Assembly: GCA_963693365.1 (NCBI GenBank)
Contig: CAVNZM010000016.1
Location: 1,099,631 to 1,163,630, forward strand
Length of the DNA: 64,000 bases
Reading direction: 5' to 3'
Origin: Amoebidium appalachense
Lineage: Eukaryota; Protista; Ichthyosporea
Position 1 is the first letter of the stretch. Each line of letters starts with the position of its first letter. Position numbers and translations under genes: made by a program. A model generated the notes under the pieces. The model was not told where the DNA came from. It was given only the letters and a program-made list of their open reading frames with translations, and did not search any database. This document shows positions 34,631 to 44,669 of this stretch, in pieces.

Positions 34631-35529
34631 GTGTGGAAGGGGGGTGGGATGGTGGGGAGAGGAAGGAAAGGAGTAAAGGATGGAGAAAACGGGGGGAGGG
34701 GGGGAGGGGGGGGGCAATATGGAGTGTGTGGGGTTGGAGAGAAAGGAAACAACAAGGGAAAGGGGGAAAGAGTGAGAAGCAGATGAAACGTGACAGCAAC
34801 CGGCAGGACCAGGTGGGGGGGTTGGGGGAGGGGGTAAGGGGTGTTGGGGGAGGGGGGGGGGATAAGGAGGTGGGGGGTGGGGGGAACGGAGTACTGTTAG
34901 CAAGTTTACCTGCAATAGATCTAAACACATGGGAATGTTTAGTATAACCCTCAGCAGGAACAATTGGTATTTACACCAGCACCGTGTACTGTGCACACTA
35001 GGTGAAGATTATGGTCGCATCATCGGGTTCTTGTTGTGAAGGGTGCATAGATGCGTGGCAAACAACAACCACAAGAATAATTGCCCTGTGTACTATACTA
35101 CTAGTGGTATTGGAGGAGAAATGGTTGTGTGTGTGTGTGTGTGGGAGGGGGAGGGGGGGGGGGAGGCGATGTTTCTGACGGGGGGGGGGGGGAGGGGAGG
35201 GAGGGGAGGGGGGGGGGGGGAGGAGTCGAGAGGGTGTGTGTGTCTGTCGTCGAGAGGGATTCTGTGTGTGTGAGCTACGAGGAGCAATGGAGAAGAAGAA
35301 GAATGTGCCTCTTTTGCAGATGTTAAAAGGTTTAAATAAAAAAAACGTGAACTCTGAGCAGAATCTGGTCGCCTACCGTGAACTCATCCTCTGATGCCTC
35401 CGATTGCTCCCCCTCCTCCTCCTCCTCCACCTTTCTCCGCTTTACCCCCCTCTCCTCCTCATCCCTCTGAACCTTAGGCCCGCCCCCTTTGCTGCCCTTG
35501 GGCGGGCCTTTTCTCTTCACTGGCGCCAT
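14453..35529 (-). CDS. DDX54: DEAD-box RNA helicase DDX54/Dbp10 (about 21 exons)
   Basis: Exons in order: MAPVKRKG (35529), GGFQSM|[23 protein letters not shown] (Q motif), [10 protein letters not shown] (33200s), LSPTRELA (32300s), VYDEADR|LFEMGF (31050/28770), [14 protein letters not shown] (24450), [10 protein letters not shown] (23400). C-terminal DBP10CT-like [11 protein letters not shown]...[12 protein letters not shown]; ends [11 protein letters not shown] at 14453. Junctions checked are GT-AG. Confidence 0.93.
18147..18452 (-). mobile_element. 5'-truncated copy of interspersed repeat family A (non-LTR, possibly Penelope-like 3' end)
   Basis: Near-identical to 21762-22191, 22215-22366, 32789-33018, 37931-38119 and 42414-42842. 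Shared end ...GACGCATTCAA followed by poly-C. Confidence 0.8.
19211..19270 (-). pseudogene. Degenerate tRNA-derived sequence (possible SINE head)
   Basis: Minus strand has A-box TGGTGCAGTGG and B-box GGTTCGATTTC at tRNA spacing, but stems are poor. Confidence 0.45.
21026..21096 (-). pseudogene. Degenerate tRNA-derived sequence (possible SINE head)
   Basis: Minus strand GGTCACTGGTGTAGTGGTTAG...GTAGGTTCGAATCTTG, about 71 nt, with A and B boxes; acceptor and anticodon stems imperfect. Confidence 0.5.
21762..22366 (-). mobile_element. Two tandem copies of repeat family A (long copy 21762-22191, short copy 22215-22366)
   Basis: Direct sequence identity. The short copy is flanked by G-runs on both sides. 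Confidence 0.82.
23644..23768 (-). ncRNA. Candidate H/ACA snoRNA (repeat family B, copy 1)
   Basis: Two hairpins, AGAGTG hinge and ATA box; intronic and sense to DDX54; near-identical to 24053-24177, 40393-40516 and 40897-41020. Confidence 0.5.
24053..24177 (-). ncRNA. Candidate H/ACA snoRNA (family B, copy 2)
   Basis: Direct duplicate of 23644-23768 in the same intron. Confidence 0.45.
24474..24652. repeat. Degenerate ~41-bp minisatellite (about 4-5 units)
   Basis: Recurrent GTGCTTACGTAAGTATGGTGCAAC...AATCATAGCAT units next to a DDX54 acceptor. Confidence 0.75.
25121..25685 (-). mobile_element. Two tandem copies of a diverged subfamily (A2) of repeat family A
   Basis: 25121-~25390 and 25559-25685 share TTTGAATGCG..TACGAAGTAC, ATAAGCAGAGCCCATCCTCAGGG and GCAGGGTTGCTTATGCA with family A. 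Another copy lies at 41755-41849 (+). Confidence 0.75.
29012..30796. mobile_element. Non-autonomous TIR DNA transposon (PIF/Harbinger-like ends) in a DDX54 intron
   Basis: Left end TGGGGCTGTCCAGACTGCGCCGA vs right end TCGGCGCAGTGTGGACAGCCCCA (1 mismatch in 23 bp, weaker match further in). Interior is AT-richer, free of microsatellites and has no transposase ORF. TSD not clear. Confidence 0.7.
32789..33018 (-). mobile_element. Repeat family A copy
   Basis: Identity to other copies; G-runs on both flanks. Confidence 0.8.
34946..35029 (-). ncRNA. C/D box snoRNA with 18S rRNA guide (snR41/SNORD62-type site), DDX54 intron 1
   Basis: Terminal stem AACCC/GGGTT, box C-like ATGATGC, box D CTGA preceded by CCAATTGTTCCT, which is complementary to conserved SSU rRNA AGGAACAATTGG. 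Confidence 0.75.
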
Positions 35530-36143
35530 GGAAAAGAACTTCAAGTCTATACCAGAAACATGTATCAAGGAACTTTCTAATAACTTCAGGAAAAGTGAAG
35601 AAAGAAGTCTTGTGCGTTTTTGCACGTGTACAGGGGATAGGGGTTGTGCGATATTCTTCGAATTCGGGTCGTTTTTTAGAAAATTGACTCGACCCGAAAT
35701 CTTTGACAGCTGACACAACCTGTCAGAGTCGTTTTTCATAAAAAGATGCTGGCCGTGTTGTTTTAGCTACCTTGCATATAGAAAATATTGCTTTTTTAAT
35801 TTTTTATTTGACAGACTTTTCCTCAAGGTGCGTGCGGGGTCACAGGTACTGTACATACGAAACTGTCTGAGGCAGTACGGGTTGTTCGGAAAGCTTTCAG
35901 TAAGGTTTAATAAATTAAAATGATTGGATAACCTTGCTCTCATGTAATTAGGCGGGCATTCTAAACCAATCAAAACGCTTCGAGCACTTACCCGTTTGGG
36001 CAAAACAACAACACACGTGCCACAAAAATTCAAGCACACAGCTGACACACGCACATACACGCACACAGCACCACACAACAAAACGCGCAAGAAAAAATAG
36101 GGAAACCCTAACCTTTTCTCTAGTTCTCTTATAAAAGTCAAAA
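35530..36143. promoter_or_regulatory. Bidirectional promoter region between DDX54 and PA2G4
   Basis: 614 bp between divergent ATGs, free of microsatellites, with CCAAT/ATTGG boxes (~35923, ~35966) and AAACCCTAA at 36103-36111. Confidence 0.65.
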
Positions 36144-36642
36144 ATGGCAACCAAGGATAAGCGCGTGGATAGCGATGTGGAGGGGGATGAGGACAAGATG
36201 CAGCTCGCCAACCCCGACACGGTCACCAAGTACAAAACCGCTGCTGATATTGCCAACCGTAAGCATCCTTCGGTTTTTTGGACCCTATCTTGGCTTGTTT
36301 AGTTTCATCGTCGTTCTTTTCTCAGTGATTCTTATAGTCTTGTTTCAGAGTAATAGTCTCTCTGGCTCCGTTGCAAATTGATACAAAGCATCCGCGAATT
36401 CCTTGCAAGCCTTTTCAATCCTTAGAGGTTAGCCGGGTGTGTTTCCTTTTTAGGTTAGCCGGGTCTCCGGTCTCCGACCCCCGCCCGCTTCCCTTCTCGT
36501 CACCTTTTTCCGGTTTTAATCATGTGTATGCGTGCCGATTCCCGTGTGGTGCACTAGTAAGGAAGAAGGAAGAAGGGAGGGGTTAGGGGGCGGCGGGGGG
36601 GGGCTACCAATTGTTAGTTACAGTGTGTGTGGGGCCGGAGGG

Positions 36643-36683
<41 letters not shown>

Positions 36684-38198
36684 CCGCTTGTCATGGCAGA
36701 TGTAGCTGTCGTATTCTGGCCATGGCTATGGGCTCATGTTCATGGCCTAATAGTTCTTTTTTCACCCCTGCAACCATTTTTCCTCGCTATATACCAGCCA
36801 CACCTGTATTTACATGCCACACACATACATGGCTTGCGGTCATGCCGGCATCTATATTACTATTACGCACATCAGCGACAGAGAGGGAGAGAGTGTGTGT
36901 AACTTTCTCGGAGAGCGAGAAGGGGGGGGAAAAGAAGAGAATTGGGGGGGAGGGGGGGAGAGCGAGAAATAGGAAGGTGAGGAGGGAAAGATGGTGAGAT
37001 TCCAATAAGAGGGGGGAGGCAGGAACTCGAGGAGGGGAGGTCTGGGGGGGGGAGGAAAAAGGCACAGTTCAACATGTAACACACACTCTCACACTCGCAC
37101 ACGTATTCACCCCTCCTTTGGCAGGTGTTTTGGCGCACGTCAAGTCCCTTGTTGTTGCTGGGGCCACTGTTCTGTCGATCACACAGGCAGGTGACAAGAT
37201 GATTCTGGATGAGGCAGGCAAGGTCTACAAGAAGAAGGTCACGGACGAGGAGACGGGCAAGAGCGAGCTGCTGCCAAAGGGTGTGTGTTCTTGTTCTCTC
37301 TCCCTCTCTCCCTCTCTCCCTCCCTCCCTCACTTACTTGATCTCTCTTTCTCTTCCTCTTCCCTCTCTTTCTCCATTTCTCTTTCCGTCGCCTTCCCATG
37401 TTTCTACCTCTCTCGCTCTAAAAGAATAGCTGTGGGATATTCCGGTTGCGCTCCCTGCATTGCTCGTTCATCCTCTTTACTGCCTTGTCCTCCCACCCAT
37501 ACTTCTCTGTCTCTGGGGACAACCCACCCCTTCTTCCTGTTATTAAACCATGGCAATTGTTTTACATCATTTTTTTGTCTTAACCTTTAATTCAATTTAG
37601 CTGATATTACGGTTTGGAGTGATATATTAAATTGCATTTTTTTTGGAAACCCGATGATGCGACCTTTATCTTCACCTAGTGTGCGCAGCGCACGGTGCTG
37701 GTGTAAATACCAATTGTTCCTACTGAGGGTTTTCCACGTTTTTCCATTACGGCATTTCCTCCCCCTGCGGAAACAGTCAGAAACTGACGGAAGGATTTGT
37801 GTGCACGTGCAGGTATTGCGTTCCCCACGTGTGTGTCAGTCAACAACGTTGTGTGCCACTTCTCTCCTTTGGTCAGCGACGAGGCAGTAACACTCAAGGA
37901 GGGTGACGTCGTAAAGATGTAGGTCCCCCTAGTGAAACAGTATCTGAGTTGGGTTTCGTTAACGAGGGGAATAGGTCGAAACTCGGGTACTGTGGATGAC
38001 GTGGGCCCCCCCTGAGGATGGGCTCTGCTTATTATGCATACTCTTTATGTATGGCTTGCATTCTGCATCGTGTTATCCGTTTGTTCTTGTGTACTTCGTA
38101 CTTTTTGACGCATTCAAAACCCCCCCCCCCCCCCCCCCCTTCCCGCACGCACACACACACAAACACACACACGTTCTCTTTCTTTCTCCCTCCCTCTC

Positions 38199-38230
<32 letters not shown>

Positions 38231-38705
38231 CCTCCCCCCTCCCCCCCCCCCCCCTCGTCTTCCCGCCTCCCAACACCCCTTGTATATGCACATACGATCA
38301 CAAGGAGAGCGTCTTCTAAGCTACAACGACAACACCTCTCCGTCTCACTCTTTGAATCGCTGATCGGCCCGTTTTTGTCATGACATGGAGTGGTGATCTC
38401 TCGGCCCATCTTTCTCATGTTTGTGTTCGAAGGAAATCTTGCTTGCGCTCTTGTTCTCATACGATGCTCCACGGTTGTGCCCCACCCCCCTTACCATTTA
38501 CCAATCATTCATGTGTACATGCGTAACATCTTTCCTGTTCCTCACCCCTTAGCCATCCCCCCCCCCCCCTCCTCCTCCTCCTCCTCCCCCTTCCACCTTA
38601 ACCAAAGTCACAGACACCATAAACGATAAACGCATCAAGCAAGGCCACGCTACGACTCCCTGTCTGTCTGTCCTCAGCTGACCAACCCCCTCCCCTCCCC
38701 CCCAA

Positions 38706-38758
<53 letters not shown>

Positions 38759-40343
38759 CGACCTTGGCGCACACATTGACGGCTATGCAGCTGTTGTAGC
38801 AAGCACTGTTGTTGTGGGTGCCACGGAGGCAAACCCGGCCACCGGCCCCAAGGCAGATGCCATCCTGGCTGCACACTATGCCGCAGAGGCTGCACTGCGC
38901 CTGCTCAAGCCTGGAAACAAGGTATGTGTGTGTGTGCGCGCGTGTGTGTGCGTGCGTTTTGCGGTGGGTGGATAGGGTTGTTTGGGTGATTGGGTGTGTA
39001 TCTGGGTGGTGGGGGTTGGGGATGCGGTTCTTGGTGTTTTGGGGGGGGGGGGTTGGAGGGTTTGGTGGGTGTACGTTCACTTAGAGAATAGTGTTTGGAA
39101 AGGGATGGCTGTAGGTGGTCTGCACTTTCCTCCGTCTGGAAACGAGGGCTGTGCCCATGTGTGTGTGTGTGTGTGTTTAGGGGAGTGGGATAGCTGGTGG
39201 TGCATGGTGAATGGATGTGTGTGTTGGGGGGAGTGGGATAACTGGTGGTGCATGGTCGATGGGTGTGTGTGTGTGTTCACGCACAGAAAGGCCCTACTTA
39301 TACGCATTCCCTCCCCCCCTCCCTCCTTTTCTCCTTTTTTTGGGCGGGGGAGGGGGGGTTCTTTCCACCTACATGCAGTACTGACCCCCCGGCCTCCCCA
39401 CAGACCAACCAGATCACGGCTGTTATTGGCAAGGTTGCTGATTCTTACAAGACTAAGCCCATCGAGGGTACGTGGCATATGTGCTCTGTGGTGTCGGGGG
39501 AGATGTGTTTGTGTCTTTTTGGTGTGATCCTTTGTTTTCATTTTTTTTTCTTTCTTAGTAGTGGCTACGTAATCAGCACCCTCTCACCTTTCCCCTCTCC
39601 TGGATGTATCTTAGTTGTCGCCGTATGGCTGTTATGCCAGAATTTAAATGCTCCTCCTCCTCAACACACACACGTACACACACACTCTCTCTTGTTTTCT
39701 CTCTCTCTCCTCGAAATGAATGGGTTTCCCCCTTTTCCACACACACACACACACACACACACTGGCCCGTGATGACCTGCCTTTTGGCAACCCAGCCTAG
39801 CCCAAAAGGGGTGATGTGGCGAAATTCCAATTGTTCCTGCTGAGGCCAACACACAAACAAAAACACGAAAATTCATCAATTTTTATCTGACATTTATGTT
39901 TTTGTGTTTCGCCTAGTCTGACATGGCTCCTTTCCAGGCATGCTTTCATACAACCTTACACAAAACGTTATCGACGGCGAGAAGACCATTATCCAGGTAT
40001 CCCCCCCCCCCCCCCCCCCCCCCCCCACCTCCTCCTCCTCCTCCTCCTTCTCCTCCCCCCGTTCTCCCTTCTTTTGCCCTTTCATCGTTTTTAGCTTCGT
40101 TTTTTATTTTTTATTATTTTTTTTTTTTGTTGTTGTTGTTGAGGGTTCTGCTTTTCTCCTTGTCACCCGCTAATGCATACCCCCTCCCTCCCCCTGGGGC
40201 CCCACCCACCAACCCACCCAGCGTCTCGCTTTCGGCACTGTATCTTTGGATGCTTTAAGAATTAAGAGGGGTCAGTACAAGTATTCTTGAGGGGTTAATA
40301 TTATTGTGACCGTGTGTGGTTTTGTTAGTCGGTGTGTGTGTGT

Positions 40344-40375
<32 letters not shown>

Positions 40376-41183
40376 GATTATAGCGACTCCCCGCCGGGTC
40401 TAAACTGAAAGGCGTCTGACTTTTGGCGTCTTTTTGGGAAACACCAGCTAGAGTGTGCGGGACCGAGAAGCATGCGGCCCAGTGTGGGCCGTGGGTGGTT
40501 GTGTTCCCGTATGTTTGATGTCGGGTTTACGGTTTGGAGTCAGCAGTGAGGGAGTTGTTCTGAATATATCCTTGGGCTTCTGATGAGTGTTGGGATTCCC
40601 GGCTTTGGGGAATGACATGTGGATGATTTATCTGTTTGATTAAATGGAGCAGTGGTATGTATTTCGGTTTCTTTGTATTATCTGGTGTAAATTGTTGTTT
40701 TGTCCTATTCTGGTAGTTGGTTACTGCTTGCTTTGACATGCATTAAACAAGCACACGGCATCCACGAGGAAGAGACAAGAGAGAGGGGGGCGGGGGGGTG
40801 GTAGGGGGGGAGGTTGTTGAAAACAACGCAAGTATTCATTGGTGGCGAAAAGGTATCATATTAGGGTTAAGTTATTTTTATTTTTTTTGGATTTCTGCCG
40901 GGTCTAAACTGAAAGGCGTCTGACTTTTGGCATCTTTTTGGGAAACCCCGGCTAGAGTGTGCGGGACCGAGAAGCATGCGGCCCAGTGTGGGCCGTGGGT
41001 GGTTGTGTTCCCGTATATTTGATGTCGGATTTACGGTTTGGTGGCCTGGTTTTATGACGAGTCTCCGTATACTCCATCCCTCTATGTCTTTCTATGCACT
41101 GCCATATCTTCTCAATAACATTCTATCCCTCCTCTCACTCACTCAATTGCACCACCCTCCACTCTATATCAACATCCTCTTCT

Positions 41184-41229
<46 letters not shown>

Positions 41230-41600
41230 TCTCACACACACACACACTCACACACACCGTCATGCCCAAATATCCCGTTGCCACCCGTACTGACAGTGCA
41301 TTCTCGAACCATCCAGAACCCGTCAGACGAGCAGCGCAAGGGGGTCAAGAACTACGACATTGAGGTGCACGACGTGTGGGCCATCGATATCCTGGTCAGC
41401 AGCGGAGAGGGCAAGGTGCGTGTATATACGTGCACGTATGCACGTGTGTGTGTGCTCGTGCATGGGTACACACAACTGCACGGAACTGAACAAACGCGCT
41501 GCATGTGCAGCAGCAAATAAGCAGGTAGCTGTGGGTGTGGTATTGACGCTGGACTGTGCTATTACTGTGTTGGTTTCTGTTCTTTTGTATTTCCCCCCCC

Positions 41601-41645
<45 letters not shown>

Positions 41646-41868
41646 TGTGTGGTGTGGTGAGGGGGGGGGGGGGGGGGGGGGATAGTGACATGGTGCATGT
41701 AACACGTCATGAGGCTTCATTTTATCATCCACACTAATCTATCCCTATCCCCCGGCTGATGCTGCATACTTGAATGTTTGCCTTTGCATGTGTCCTGCAC
41801 CATGCTTCTCATCGTGTATGCGTACTTCGTACTGTGTTCCGCATTCAAACCCCCCCCCCCCCCCCCCC

Positions 41869-41907
<39 letters not shown>

Positions 41908-41912
41908 TTCCT

Positions 41913-41951
<39 letters not shown>

Positions 41952-43053
41952 GCGCCTGTTGTTTTGCTTGTCATTTGTTGTTCTGGTTGATTACCTGTAA
42001 TCTTCGCTTATTTATGTGTGTGTGTGTGTGTGTGTGTATGTTGTGCGGGGTTGCACATACCGGTGTCTACTTTTCTTCTTACTGTTTTTCTCTCCACACA
42101 CTTCATCTGTCCACTTCTGCATACCCCCTTTCATAGCTATAGACACACTTCACACATTGCGTTACGCGCACGCATGCACACACCGCTCTGTTGGCGACAG
42201 CTCCCTTGGAACCCATGCGGCATGTTGCCCGCCGGCGTAACATAACTCGGACTATCGGTTTGGCTTTTTTCAAGCCCAAAGCCATGGGTGATACCATATT
42301 TCCGGCTGACATCCGGGGGCATAGCTTTCCGTTCGAAGACGATAAAGTTCCGCCCTAGTAAGCGTGTTACTACCCTGCGGCGTGGGTCAAATCTCATATT
42401 TTCCCCTCTGATTACGAATTCTGTGGCCTTCGGGACTTAATTCTTTTCAGCTGGTGTAGTATGTTAGCCAGGGAAGTATCGACTTAGGTATCGACGGGGG
42501 AGCTTCCTAGAAGCCCCGTCTCCTGAGTTCCTATCTATATTTTTCTTGCTTCTGCTTACTGCTGCAACTTTAACCCCCGGCCTTTCCCACTGCCCTTGCC
42601 TGCATAAGCAACCCTGCTCGTCTCTGATCAAGACGGGTGACCTACTCATGTTCAAGTGAAACAGTATCTGAGTTGGGTTTCGTTAACGAGGGGAATAGGT
42701 CGAAACTCGGGTACTGTGGATGACGTGGGCCCCCCCTGAGGATGGGCTCTGCTTATTATGCATACTCTTTATGTATGGCTTGCATTCTGCATCGTGTTAT
42801 CCGTTTGTTCTTGTGTACTTCGTACTTTTTGACGCATTCAAACCCCCCCCCCCCCCCAACACACACACACATTTACACGTACAGGCCAAGGCCTCTGAGG
42901 CACGCACCACCGTGTACAAGAAGACAGACCAAATCTACCAGCTCAAGATGAAGACCTCCCGTGCAGTCTACAGCGAGCTCAGCCAAAAATTCACAACCTT
43001 CCCCTTCACCCTCAGGTATTCTACAAAGCCCCCCCCCCCCCCCCCCCCCCAAA

Positions 43054-43091
<38 letters not shown>

Positions 43092-43942
43092 AAAAAGCGA
43101 CCCACCCTCTCCACCCTTTTTTGTGCCCTTTGCCCCGAAACCTGCATTATGTTGTTTGTCGTGAATGTGTACTTCGTATCCTTTAATACACCCCCCTTTG
43201 CTTATAAGGGGGAGGTACGGGGGGGGGGGGGGGGGAGGTACGGGGGGGATAGCAGGAGGCAAGGCAAATGGGGACAGGGCGTGATGAATGGTGTAATGGT
43301 TGCATTATGCCTGGTTGTTTGTTGTGTTTTTGCACGCTGCCCTGAACTCGGGTGGTTTGATTTTCTAAGTCACATCGAGTTTTATCTTTTTTTCTTGCAA
43401 TGATGGATTGATCTGATTGGCTGAGGGTCACATCGCATTCTATTTTTCCTTGCATGGAAGTTTAAGGTAGCGATCTGATTGACTGTGTCACAGGGCGTTT
43501 GAGGACGAGAAGAAGGCGCGCATGGGCATCACCGAGTGTGTCAACCACCAGCTGGTCCAGACATTCCCCGTCATGCTCGAGGCACCATGTGAGTGCACAC
43601 GTACACACACACACACGTATATCCACACACACAAACGCACAGGAAGAGGGAGAGACACAGGCACAGACATGTTCTACATGGGTACACACGCATGCACATG
43701 TACACACGTATGCATCCAACGGAGCTTCATGAATACACAAGTACACACACACACGTTGTGGCTGTCCTTTTTTGGCAGAATCCTCGTTGTGTCGCCCTGT
43801 GTGTATCGCACTTGGTGACTGCTCTCGTGTATTATCCCCCCGCCAGCCCTCCCCACCCCGACCCTTTCGCTCTTCCCAGCTCCCCTTCGTCCCTTTCCCC
43901 TTCTCACTCTAGCACACTTGCAGTCTTCCCCCCCCCTTCCCC

Positions 43943-43973
<31 letters not shown>

Positions 43974-44669
43974 ACACCTTTCTAACCCACCCACCCCTGC
44001 AGCTGCCGTTGTTGCGCAAATCAAGTTCACGGTGTTGGTGACATCCAACGGCACTGTGCGCATCACGGACCCAGGCACCCCCCTCGCCACGCTCAGGAGC
44101 GAACACAGCATCGAGGATGAGGAGACTAAGACCCTCCTGGCTCAGGAGGTTGATGCGCCAAAGGTAGGCACACACACACTTCTTTCTCTCCTTCCCTCCC
44201 TCCCTGTCTCTCGGCTCTGCTTCTCCCCACCTCGCTTTTCCGCTTTCCCCCTCTCTCCTTCAGCCCCCAACCTCTCTTTCTGTCCACACAAACAATCTCC
44301 ACCCCTCGCTTCTTGTGTGTGGGTGTGCGTGGGGGCCTCCAACCCTTCCATACGTTTTTGTGCAAATCGTCTCGTCTTGCTTATCCCCCCCCCCCCCTCT
44401 CCCTCCCTCTCCCTCCCTCTTTACCCCTCAATTATCACCCTTCTGCTTTGTGTGTAGTGTAGATCTACAACAGCACACATGTGCAGAGTAGAGCCCATTC
44501 TTATCACATGCTCAAATGACTGGAGATTGCTTCTTACCCATCCCCCCCCCCCCCCCCCCCCTCCCCCCCCCCCCCCCCCCCCCCAAAACACACACGCACA
44601 CACGAGCAGAAGGCAAAGAAGAAGGCAGCCAAGAAGGCCGGAGAGGCGGCCCCGGCGCCTGCCCAGTAA
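36144..44669 (+). CDS. PA2G4: PA2G4/EBP1 (Cdb4-like, M24 pita-bread fold), about 12 exons
   Basis: MATKDK...[99 protein letters not shown] and a Lys-rich tail ending at TAA 44667-44669. Confidence 0.93.
37648..37731 (+). ncRNA. C/D box snoRNA, paralog of 34946-35029, PA2G4 intron
   Basis: GGAAACCC/GGGTTTTCC stem, ATGATGC (37654-37660), guide CCAATTGTTCCT, CTGA (37723-37726). Confidence 0.77.
37931..38119 (+). mobile_element. Repeat family A copy
   Basis: Reverse complement of the copies in DDX54; ends in AAAA then poly-C. Confidence 0.8.
39763..39848 (+). ncRNA. C/D box snoRNA with the same 18S guide, PA2G4 intron
   Basis: TGGCC/GGCCA stem, canonical box C GTGATGA (39769-39775), C'-like GTGATGT, guide TCCAATTGTTCCT, CTGA (39840-39843). 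Confidence 0.82.
40393..40516 (+). ncRNA. Candidate H/ACA snoRNA (family B, copy 3)
   Basis: Same sequence as the DDX54 copies, sense to PA2G4. Confidence 0.42.
40897..41020 (+). ncRNA. Candidate H/ACA snoRNA (family B, copy 4)
   Basis: GCCGGG/CCCGGC hairpin with pocket GGGAAAC, AGAGTG hinge, TGCGGGA/TCCCGTA hairpin, then ATA plus 3 nt. Confidence 0.52.
42182..42842 (+). mobile_element. Longest family A copy, with a possible ORF C-terminus (42182-42358) and a structured 3' region
   Basis: 42414-42842 matches 21762-22191. The upstream frame reads ...[19 protein letters not shown]...PP-stop. The 5' boundary is uncertain. Confidence 0.65.

Noticed and set aside
42620-42745. Canonical hammerhead ribozyme in repeat family A
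   Set aside because: CTGA and GAAA words are present, but I could not build stems I-III around a CUGANGA/GAAA core. Kept only as an unexplained structure.
42720-42842. Recurrent peptides [13 protein letters not shown] / [14 protein letters not shown] as a multicopy small protein
   Set aside because: The frame shifts between copies with C-run length and the ORFs run into poly-C, so this is non-coding repeat sequence.
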